This document shows positions 12,401 through 23,900 of a DNA stretch of 55,624 bases, piece by piece. The translations under genes and the position numbers were made by a program. The stretch is from the NCBI GenBank assembly GCA_001724265.1, contig MEDY01000182.1, forward strand, positions 1-55,624, written 5' to 3'. The notes below the pieces were generated by a model. That model made no database searches and was not told the origin of the DNA. It was given only the letters and a program-made list of their open reading frames with translations. This DNA comes from Rhizaria sp. SCN 62-66. Lineage: Eukaryota. Within the stretch, counting starts at the first letter, position 1; each line of letters opens with the position of its first letter.

Positions 12401-15400
12401 GTGACCAGTGGAGGCGAGATGTGGTTGCCGGGCCACAGGCGCGCCCAACGGATCGCGTCAGCAGCGCGCTGCTGCCACAGCGCGTCCAGCTTCGGGGTGT
12501 TGGCCTGCGCAAGGAGAAGAGAACACAGAAAGCACCGAGTGAAAAGGTCGTTCAAATGAGATATGACAATGAATTAGATATTAATGAAGATAAAACAAAT
12601 AGTAACAGTTAAAATAGCAAAATAATTTAGAATGTGCATAAAAGTGAGGAAATTCGCGTACTTTAAGTTGCGCGAGAGTCTTTCGAATGGCCCGCGCTTC
12701 CTTCTCGTTGGGGTCGACAGCCCAGCGCTCCGCACACAGCCGAACGCGTGCCAGCGCCAGGACCTCTGCCTCGAGCGTGTCCTCGACGAAAGTCAAGCCA
12801 CCCACCGCGGTCGTCGTGAGGCCGCCTCTGGCGCCGGCGCTGCAGGCCGGCGGGCGGTGCGACCAGGCGACGGCCCGGGCAATGGCCGCCACCGCCGCCG
12901 CAGCAGTCACCGAGCCTGAGCCAGAGCCGGAGCTGGAGCCGGAACCGGACGCAGCGTTGGCGCGCGCCATGGTGAGGTGGTCGGCCGCGGCGGTGTAGAA
13001 GGCGCGCGCGGAGGTCGAGAGCGAGGACAGACTAGTCCACGTGGCGGGGGACAGAGAGGCGAGGTAGCTGGCCGGGATCAGCGATGAGACCCAAGGAGCT
13101 GTGTCCCAGGCAATGTCAGCGCTGTAGTTGGCGGAACTGGCGTTGTTAGAGTCGGAATCGCCCTGTTGGCGGGTCTCGTTCGCGGCCACCGTGGTGCTTT
13201 GACTGGTCGAGTTCGCCATGTTGTTGGCGCCGGGAGCGAGGAACCCCGCTGCCTCCACAAGCACCGACTGGGACATGCCGCCAACAGCAGCAGCACTGCT
13301 CTTGGACGCAAAACCAGATCCAGAGCCAGCGCCAGGGCTACCGGCAGCAGCAGCACTGGAGCTGGGGCTAAGCGCCAGCGCCGGCGGCGGCACGATGCCC
13401 GCGGCGCCCAAACTCATCGCGCTGTTGTTAGGGATGAACGAGAAGCCCGGCGACATCGGCACATTGTCAGCCGACATGAACCCGTTGCCCGCCCCGCCGT
13501 TGGAGTTCTTGACCGCGAGCGCGGCGTTGGCGTTGGCCGCGGCGACGGCCCGCGTGAGGAACTGGTGGATGCGCGCCGCCTTCTCAACCGCGCGCGCCGC
13601 CGCCAGGTGGCGGTTGATGGCGATGACGACGTCGACGACGCACAGCGGCGACCACGGCGCCACCACTGCGGTCGACGGCGGCGAGTCGACCGTGCTCGGC
13701 GGCGGCGGCAGCGACGGGGCGCCGGAGTGCATGCGGTTGTCGGGCGCATGACTCGTGCTGCCGCCGCTGCTCTTGCCCTTGGACTTGTTCGCACTGTTGT
13801 TACTGTCTACAGCGTCAGGCTCGCTGTCTGCGAGCTCCGGCGGCGGCGTCGGTGTCGGCGTCACGTCCAGCGTCTGCGCGAGACTCGCATTCTCACTGCC
13901 GCGGGCGACAAGGAACGACGACAGAGCCCATGCGTTCAGCGGAGTGACACTTACACCCACGCAGGTACTTACATTCCCGCCGCCTGCAGTAGCAGCGGCC
14001 GTGCTAGAGCTGTTTTGCGCGGTCACGGCCGCGGTGATGGCGGCTGTCAGTGCGGGCACCAGCGCCGCGCCCGTGGCCGCGCAAACAGTCGTCCCAGTCC
14101 AGGGGGCGAGCCCGATCGCGGCCGCTGCGGCGGCCTTGCTCAGACTCGCCTGCGACGGCGGCGGCTGCTGCTGCTGCTGCTGCTGGATGGGTGTGGTGCG
14201 CGTGACGTGCGCCGCGGCAGCCGTTGCGACCGCGGTGGCGGCGGAGGCGACTGCGTTGGCGGTGGCGAGCGCGACCGAGAGTGGCGGCGCCGACAGAGGC
14301 AGCGCGCCGTGGGCGGGGATCGCATATTTCTGCGCGTCGCGAGACGAGTAGTGCAGCGAGAAGCTGCCGGGGGCGCCTGCCAGCGGCGCTGAAGGCAGCG
14401 ACAGCGCAGTCGTGACGGTGTTTGCGTCAGCGCTAGCGGCGTTAGAGCTCACGCTACCGCTGGCGTTGTTGCTGTTGTTGCCGTTGTTGTTGTTGCTAGC
14501 GCTGGTATTAGTCGAGAGACCGAGGCTGATGGCGACACTGGTCAGTGCATCGACAGTGTCGTTGTTGTAACTATCCGGGCTCGAGTTGCCCGAAGAGCCC
14601 GCGCCGTTGAACAACGGTCCGACACCGATGCTCGTGCCCCAGTTGGCGATCCGTCCGGTGTTGTTCACGCTGTTGTTGTCGTGCATGCTGTAGTGGTACA
14701 CGCCCGTGCCGCCCACGGTCACCTGCGCGCATAGCACCTCAGTCAGCTTGCACTTGAACGTCACCGAGTGGCCGCCAGTCATGGCCGCGTCCGCGACGGT
14801 GGCGGCGGCGCCGGCGGCGACCGCGGCCGCAGCGGCGCCGGGGTCTGACAGCGACGCAGCCGGGTTCGCGGCGGGGACTGTGAGCACCGCGCGTCCGTCT
14901 ACGGCATTGCTCACGGTCGCGCGGCCGCCTCTGCCGCTCGCACCGGACATGTTGCTTTTGTTGTTGTTGTTGTTGTTGTTGTTGTCGTTGTTGCCGCTTT
15001 TGTTGGCGGCGCCGGCCTGACCCGTGGAGTAGCTGTAGCTGTTATTGTTGGCGGGGATCGGGGCAGGCAGCGCGGCGACGCGGCGCGCGAAGCCCTGCTT
15101 GAACGAGTTCTCGGGGGAATCGGACCGGGGGAACGAGTCCGCGCCCGTGGCCGCGGTGAACGGAGTCAGCGACCCGCTGCTGGTACCGTGCACGCTGTAA
15201 TCATCGGCGGCGTTGCTCAAGCACGCAGCGGCGTCGGAGGGACAGCAAGCGTGCGCGGCTGTGTAGTGTTGGCGGACGCGGGCGCGCGCTCGCTGCGACC
15301 GCGGGTTGTATTGCTCGGGCGCGGCGTTGCGGTACAGAGATGAGTGCGCGTACGTCGACTCGCACTCGTCATTGACAGCGTCGTCGTCGTCGTCCTGAGT

Positions 15401-18400
15401 CGTCTCAACAACGCTCATGTTGCGCATGACGGCGTGCGTGGTGTCGGCGTCGCTCTTGTTGTCCGCGCCAGCGTCCTCGCCCTCACCACCAGCCTTCTTG
15501 CTGTGGCTGGTGTCGATGATGACGGGGCTGGCTCTAGTCGCCGCCGCCGCCGCGACGGCCGCGGCTACAAGCCTGGGCGCCAACTTGCCCACCTTGTGCA
15601 GCACCGCCAGCGCCGTCGCCGCGGGGGTCGCCGTGCCCGTGACGTAGTTGGCCGCGCCCAGGTGGGTCAGGCGGAGCACGCGCGGCAGCTTGCGGCCGAT
15701 GGCGTTGACCTTGCTCACGGTCAACTCAAGCAGCAGCGGCGAGTGCGCGCTCGGGACCGCAATCAGCGCAATGGGAGGCGACGATGATGACGATGAAGAC
15801 GCGTTGCCGTTGCTCACCATTGCGCCGGCAGCAGCGCCGGCCGAGTCCGAGGCGGTACTTACACTGCTTTGAGGGGTACTTAGCCCCGTTTCGCGGATCG
15901 CGACCGCGGACACGCACGCCGACCGCGGTCCCAGCAGCCCGAGAGAGCCCGAGTCTAGACCGTCCCAGTGCCCGGCGTACACCTTGCTCGCCAGCGCCGC
16001 CAGCAGCAGCCAGCGTGGAGCGCGGGAAAAGGACGCAGCGCTGATGGTGTCGGGCAGCGCCGTGTGCGCGCGCGGCAGCAGCGGCGGGCTCGACGACGGC
16101 GCAGCAGCGGCGGCCACGGCGGCGGCGGTATTGGCGGACTCGGCCAAGGCGGACGACGACGTCAGCAGATTGGGCTTCGTCGCAGGTGCATCCGCTCCTG
16201 ATTGCGCAGTTCGGACGACGGCAGCGGCGTTCGAAGCGGACTGCGGGCTAGAACTGACCGCGATCGGAGCCCCCTCGGGGATGGGGGCAGCGGCAGCGCT
16301 GAAGCTGTTGAGGTCAAACACGTTCAAGTTATTCGCCGCATTCGCCGCCTTGTTATTACTGTTGACATTGACGTTGGGCGTGACCGGATCGTTGTTGAAC
16401 TGGGCCACACTCGACCGCCGCAGCCCGCGCGCGCGCGCCAGCGCGAGAACGGACGCGCGGGACCCGCCGGCGCTAGCGAACGCAGCCGTCTCGGCCGCGG
16501 CCAGCGCTGGGTACAACGGGGGCCGGCCGTTGCCGACAGTCGCATTCGTACTCGCACTATTGTTGTTGCAATAGAGTGAGGCGGCGTCGGCGTCGGCGGT
16601 GTCGGTCTTGACGCCAAGCTCGTCGGTGTTGTCACTGATGACGGACGCCGATGCGGCGGCGGCGGCGGAGGCGGAGGCCAGGGGGTTGCTGTACAACGAG
16701 AACCGGTGGGTCCTGGAGGCTGAAGTTAAGCCGCCAGGCGCGGTGGCAAAGATGGAGCCAGCGCGGCTGTTGCTGCGAGCGTAGATATTGCCCCCATCGG
16801 CCACGTTATCGCCGAGGTTATCGTTGGCATTGTCGCCGGAGAGCAGCGCAGAGAGGGGGTCACCGTCTTGCTCATCAGAGTCGCTCTGATTTGGCTCGAG
16901 CTCGTGCTCGTGGTCCAAATCGCCGTGTTTCGGGCTAGCGTTCGCGTACGTGCTGACGTTGCCGCCGTCGTCATCGTACACTTCATCCAAGTCGCCGCCG
17001 GTCCGCTGCGGGAAATCTTCATTCTGCATCTGCTGTTGCTGCTGTTGCTGTCGACTTGCCGCTGTGTTTGTATCGTTCATGTTCCCGTGGTTCTTCGCGT
17101 GCGACGACGCCGCCGAGGGAGGCTTGCTGTTTTGCAGCGGGGCCGGCAGCGACGGCACCGGAGGCGTCTCGGACTCGGCCACGACCGACAGCGCTGCGGA
17201 GCGATTGTTGACTGCGTACGCACCGCCGTTGGGCTCCGGAGAGTGGGTACGTGATTGTGAGCGCGAATGTGGCTGACTGCACTCTGGCGTCAGCAGCACC
17301 AGATCGTACTCGTCAGGCACCATGCCGCTACTCACATTCACACAGCTGCCGCCAGTGTAAGGGCCTCCAGTGTAAGTGCTCGGCCGCGGGGTGATGGTCG
17401 GCGTGCTGTTGTGCGGTGGCGTCGGCGGCAGTGGCAGCGGCAGACCGCGCAGCAGCGCCGTGTTGGCGTTGACGCCGATGCTGTTGGCGTTAACGCTGTT
17501 GAACGCACTACTAGCCGTGCTGATGCTGCTGTTGTTGTTGACTGTGGAGCGCCGGGGCACTAGTGTGTAGCGCTGCTCCGCGGCCGCCAGCGCGGCGAAA
17601 CTGATGCTCGTGACGGAATTCTCCCTGACCCCAGCGCCACTACTGCTGAAGTTAGCTGCATTGTTGTTGTTGCTGTTGTTGCAGCTGGAGTTGGAGTTCG
17701 AGAGCAGGAGAGACTTGCGCACGGCAGTGGTGCGCAGCGCGGCGTGGCGCGGGCACAGCGGGTCCCGACGGCTGCCCAAGTCGGGGTAACATGCGGGACA
17801 CGCGACTCTCGCACTCGCGGTCGCGGTCGCGGTGACAGCATCAGTCACGTCGCCAGCGCCGTTGCCACCTGCACTATGAGTGTGCGCGCCACTGTTTGCA
17901 GCAGCGACGGTTGATGAGCGGGGCGTGATGTGTGTGATGATGCCGCGGCCGCCGCCGAGACCGCTGCCGGCACCCGCTGGGCTCCCGGCGTTCCCCGCAT
18001 TCGTACTATGGGAGAATGCGTTGGCCGCGTTGACCGAGGCAGTGGTCGGGGTGCGCACAGTCAGAGACACGCAGTCACCACCAGCATGAGGGGCGGCGTT
18101 TCTACCACTCGTATTCGCAGACGCAGTCGCAGGTAGAGAGCTAGAGCAAGTAGTCGCAGTAAGCTGGGCACTGTTGTTGTTGGTATTGTTCGACTGAGGG
18201 AGGTAAACGCGGGAAAAAAGAGCCAGCTGCGCCTCACTTTCAATCGCACGTTGTTGTTGCTGCTGCTGTTGCTGCTGCTGTTGCTGCTGCTATTGCTGTT
18301 GCGCGAACGCTGTGTGCGGCGACAGTGGCAGCGGATCAGCGATCGACGGCATCGCGCGGGCTGCGGGCACGGCGGGAGGGCGCTGGTAAGAGCGCGCAAT

Positions 18401-18559
18401 CTCGCGGACACTACGCGGGGCAGGGTTCAGCTCCGCAGACTTGTTGCTCGCGCTGCCAGCAAGGATATTGTTGCTGTTGGCAGTGGCAGCGGTCGGCATC
18501 GGCTGGGGCTTAGAGGCGCCGATGGGGATCGCGGCAGAGGCACGGGGAGGGGAAGACAT
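9477..18559 (-). CDS. Giant VPS9-domain protein (Rab5-family GEF); exons 18559-12662 (in-frame TAG at 18292-18290), 12504-10177, 10015-9822, 9621-9477; about 2854 aa
   Basis: C-terminal VPS9 motifs: PSERVDCLLDTAKAIY, LAADDFFPIFVYVLIHA and GEAGYYLTVFEAALDYI. Intron phases match. The N-terminal ORF (18559-18290) joins ORF 18070-12581 in frame across a TAG in a poly-Q run. Stop TGA at 9479-9477. Confidence 0.85.
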
Positions 18560-19380
18560 CGCACCAGAGAGCTAAAAAAACAGCGATGGGGCAGATGCTT
18601 ATGTGGGCACGGCCGCAGGAGCAGCGCGGAACTGTGAAAGAAAGAGGAGTGTGTGGGATGGAGGCGAGTAGACACACTTGAAGAGCACAGAAAGATGTGA
18701 AGGAAGTGGGATTAGATTAGGTTACCGGAAACAAGCTGGGCATGACACAGTTCAAACTTTGTTTTAGATCCCAGTAGTATAGTCATATTTATAACGAAAT
18801 GCAGTTGCGGAATATTTGTTAACGGTTAATTCTAGGCACAAGATTCAGTATTTTGGGGTGCCAAGTCGCGACTGCCGGCATGCGACCCAAACTGTGATTT
18901 TTTGAGAACCGCTACCGTGCCAAAGCGGCAGCCACCAACGGGTCTCTGATTCATCCTTGTGGGTCTATATGCATCGCAACTTGAATATTTTTGCCTGTAA
19001 TTGAATGGCATGAGACATTTATTTTAGCGATAAATAATATTTGATTTTAGTTTCTGCCCACGATCTCTAACCAGGTTTTTCAATTGACTTTCTCTCCGTG
19101 ATTGCCCCTTGCTATTCACCTCCTCAACATTGTTTTTTGCCTCCGTCTGACGCCGTCCATAAGGCACAAATTGCCTCACCGGTATATCGCACGCTTTTCC
19201 AGTAAATAACTAGTTGTATTCCTGCTCGATTACTCGAGGTACGCGTATATTGGCTTACAGGCAGTCGTCCTAAGCTCTGGCCTCCATCTACTCTCTTTCC
19301 GACACCGCCAACGCTGACCTCCCACCTCTCTCACACCAACCAAGCGTCCACTCTCAAGGGTCCGCGCACTTGCGCCAACT

Positions 19381-20874
19381 ATGTCCGGCGTTTTTGCGCG
19401 CTACCGCAAGCTCGACACGATCGGGCGCGGCACCTACGGTGAGGTCTCGCGTGTCGTTCCCTACTCTGACACGAACCTCGTTTACGCCCTCAAGGTCGTC
19501 ACATGGAGCAACCAGGCCGAGCGCGATGCTGCGCGGAGCGAGGCTGCGCTTATGAGCTCGCTGCCGCGACACAAACGGCTTATCTGCTGTGTGGAGATCT
19601 TTGAGGACTCGGACCAGCTTGCCATGGTGCTTGAGTACGCCCCGCTCGGCGACCTCACCAGCATCATCCAGGTGCGTCACTGCATCATAGTCTCAGTTGC
19701 AACGTGTATATCTCTTATTTTTAAACTGACAACAGGCGCAGACGTGCAATTGATGCATCTCTAGACTATATTACAAATTTGACGCTTGAAACTAATCTTG
19801 ATTCTTCATTTCAACTTGTTTTCACACCTGCACACAGGCGCACCGCGACGCCCGCACTCTTCTGCCGGAGGACGTTTTGCTCCGCTACATCATCGAGCTC
19901 GCTGAAGGACTCGAGCACCTGCACAGATTCCGCACGCTCCACCGCGACGTCAAGCCCAGCAACATCTTCATCGACGCCACGGGCAGTCTGAAGCTCGGCG
20001 ACCTAGGGTTCGGTCGGACCCTCAGCATGAACGCGATTGGAACCAAGAGTCTCCACGTTGGCACACCGCTGTATTACGCGCCGTAGCTGTGTCGCGCGTA
20101 CCTGCCTCCGATCAGTCCGCAAAACCAACATCACGCACAGCAACAACAGCTTCAGCAACAGCAGCAGCCTCAGCAGCAACAGCAGCAGCATACACAACCG
20201 CAGCTTCAGCAACAACAGCAGCACTCGCAACAGTGGCAGCAATGGCAGCCTCACCTGCTGCAGCTCCAACGCCCCACTCCGACGCTCCGCGCAGCCACGC
20301 CGGTGTTGTCGCACCAGTCGAGTGGACTCGGCCACTCGCCGCACGTGTCTGCGTTCAAACTCGTCGCCCCGTCGCCGAAGCCCAACAACAGTAACAACAA
20401 CAACAACAACAACGCGGCCATGTACGTGCAATCGCCCGCGTTCACCCCGCTGCCGCCGACCGCGGCTGAGGCTGTGCCTGCGGTCGCGACTCTCGCCCTG
20501 GCCGCGGACACTGCCGCGGTAGCGACTTACTCGTACCCCATCGACATCTGGTCCCTCGGTTGTGTGGCGTACGAGCTCGCGACACTGGCCCCGCCGTTCA
20601 CTGCGTCGACGCTGCCCGAGCTTGCGTGCGCAGTCGTCCGGTCACCGACGCCGACTATCTCGACGAACATCTACTCCCACGCGCTCAGCGGCTTGATTTC
20701 TAGCATGCTGGAGAAAGACCCACAGCGCAGGCCCACGGCGGGCGCGGTGAGGCGCATTGCGACTGCGCTGCGGGAGGCATATGAGGCCCACAGTAACTGC
20801 AACGCGAGCACGAACACGGGCTCCAGTTCGGCGAACATGAACATGTACGCGATGGCAGAGACTCCGGTTCAGCC

Positions 20875-20906
<32 letters not shown>

Positions 20907-23900
20907 GGCAGCAGCAGATGACACCGACGCGGTACTTGCATCAAAGGCACTCACAGTCACCCTTAGTCGGCGGCGTCAGTCTGTTCGTCGCGCGCGCCAG
21001 CCCCCGGGGTGGGCCAGTGAAGGTGCTGTCGAACAGTCCATACCGGCCGGTGCCTTTGCCTCCGTTCGGTTCGCAACAAGGGCAATCGCTATCGCCGTCA
21101 GAGCAGCTTCAACAGCATTACGCATAGCATGTACAGCTGCAGCCGCAGCAGTTACAGCAACAGCACGGCGCATTATTATTTTATCGTCAGTCTCCTGTTC
21201 CGTCACCTCCCACAAACGACAACCCTGTCATGACCCGTATCAACAGCGCCGCATCCAATGTCATGGCGCCCGCACCTCTGCCCGTTGTTGCGAGCAATTC
21301 AGCTGGCGTACAAGTGCTCCGCAAGCCGTTCGGGGCAACGCGGCTTAACTTCAACGACCCGAAGCCGACTGTTACGCCGGCAACGCCGCGGACCGGATCC
21401 AACACTGTGAGTGCGAATGCAAACGCAGGCGTGTTTGCATCACCGTCTCAACGCTATCTTCAAGCAACTGCAAACATGGACGACATGAACTCAACCAACA
21501 ATATCAACAATAATGGCTATGCCGCAAACACAAGTGCTGTGTATTCCGGCTCCACCGCTCATGCGACTGGGAGCGATGCTCTGAATATCACGGATGCAAA
21601 TGCTGCCGACGTCTCTACGTCTGGCTTTAACACGAGTACGTTCAAGATCGTAAAGCCGATGACACAAGAGGAACGTCCTGAGATGACACCTTTGCGTTTT
21701 CCCCAACCGACGCAACAGCTCTATGGACAACAGCAAGTGCAACTGCAGCAGCAAACCCACGCATTTACTTCGTTAGCCTCTGATCATGTCGATACAAGAA
21801 CCACACAAAACGCAATGGTGATGACTGCTGCAAACGCTGCAGGTTCGACCTACGATGTTCCGACCAGTGGCGCAGCCACACACTATGGTGGTTTCGTCTC
21901 GCTCGCAACTGCCACTGCAGACATGTGGGAGGTCGACAAGACGGTGAATAGCCATGCCCACAGTGGCGCCAATAGCTGCAGCAGCAGCAATGGCGATGCC
22001 AACAGCAACCACCGTGCGAACGCGAGCAGAAGCACGAATGGCATCGACAGCTACGGCTACAACCGCGACTTTTCGTTCCGGCTGCCGATGCGCGCTGACT
22101 ACTTGAACAACGACACGGTCGTCACCGCCTCCACGAACAACACGCTCCACTCGAACGCGAACGGTTCAGTCGCTGTCAGTTTTAACACTAAGAACGCGGG
22201 CGCGAATGCGAACAATAGCTCTGGTGACAATGCCAAGGCTGTTGGCATGATCAATAACTCTCTCATCGACGTCAATAATGTTAGCACTGGGATGGGCAAT
22301 GCGGGTGTTGCCTTGCATAATGTAAGTACTGGTGCGAGTACGAGCGGCATCGACAAGTCGGCACTGCGCAGTGCGTGGCTGCAGCATATCTCTACACATA
22401 TTGTGGAAACCCATTCGGCAACATCTACTGCTGCCGGAACGAGCACGTCTAATCATGCTCTTCTGAGTCAAGCACGCGCGGCTGATACGTACAACCGCAC
22501 TGAGGCGACTGGTGGTGTCATTGGCTCCGATGACAATGCTAATGAGAACAACATGCAGACAGAGGCTGTCATGACTGTCACTCTCACTGAGCCTGTTTTG
22601 GAGACTCCCCCTCAACAAAACACGGATGTGGCCGCCAAGCACCACGACGACCAAGAGTCGCAGAATCAGCCGCAGCAGATGCTGCTGCCGCTTATCCTGC
22701 AATTGGACCAGCACTCCCCGTCCTACTCTGCCGTACCGAGCCCCTCAAACGCCCTTAACAGCTATTTGGACGGTCCTCGCAGGCCGCACTTTGCGCCGAA
22801 TCACCTCTACCCTCGCTTGGTTGAGGACCAATTTGACGACGCCGGTGTCAGTGATGCGCAGAGGGATGGCGCGATTGTTCGTCACAGCCCCGACCTAAGC
22901 GCAGTCAGTAGCAGCAGCAGCAGTGCTGACAATAGCTTTACTGCCGCTACGTACAACCGTCCGTCAGCTCCTGTTGCGTTCATGCATTTCAACGGCAACA
23001 ACAGGAGTCTTAACCATAGCAATGATGAAGAAACTGTGAACAATAGTCTTGGCAATGGGGGCTACACCAACTATCTCGCTGGCAGGAGTAGCAAGAACAT
23101 GTTCTTTGCGTTTGGCACTCCTAGTAGCACGACAACGACGACCAACTCGTCCGGAAATGGCGTTACCACGACGACCACAACCACAACGAACACGAGTGAC
23201 ACAGGAAACAACGAAGACTGCGTCAACGACGATAACGCTGATGTAAACGCAGTTGCTGTCGGGAACGATTCATCGGCTATGTCACCGTTCGGCTCCCCGG
23301 CGCCTGCGTACGTTTCTACGGCGGCCGCGGTAGCAGCTCACATGGGCGCGAAAACCGGCGAAATCGCACGCAAGTCAGCCAGGTATTCTCTGAAGGCTAC
23401 AGCCGCTGCAGCCACTGCGGCTGCGCTTGCTTCGGTTGCATCGTCCAGTATTGCAAACGCGAACAGTATCCGCAGCGCGACCGTTAGCTCTTCTTCTAAC
23501 ACTGATTTCGTGAGCACCTCTCTGTATGCTCCTGCTTCGTCTGAGATCGCTGCGAATGCTCAGTCGCTCGTCCGGTCCGAGGTTAAGCCGCGCCAGCGTC
23601 TCGTGCTGCACATGTACCAAGGTGATGACCACGACGACAACGATGATGAACGCAAGACCGATGTTGATATTGCGAGCCGTAGTGTGCGCAAGGGACTTGC
23701 TTTTGACGATGTCGATAGTGACAATGACACTGACAGAGCCATCAACACCATGCATCACGTGCACAATTCGACTGCTGCAGTCGCCGGCAACGAGAGTGAC
23801 GGTGAACAGAGTGACTGCGAGGACAACGCTGGCGTGGCTCATATTCAGCATGTCCAATATGGCCATAACGACAATGTCCACAACAGCGATGACGAAGACG

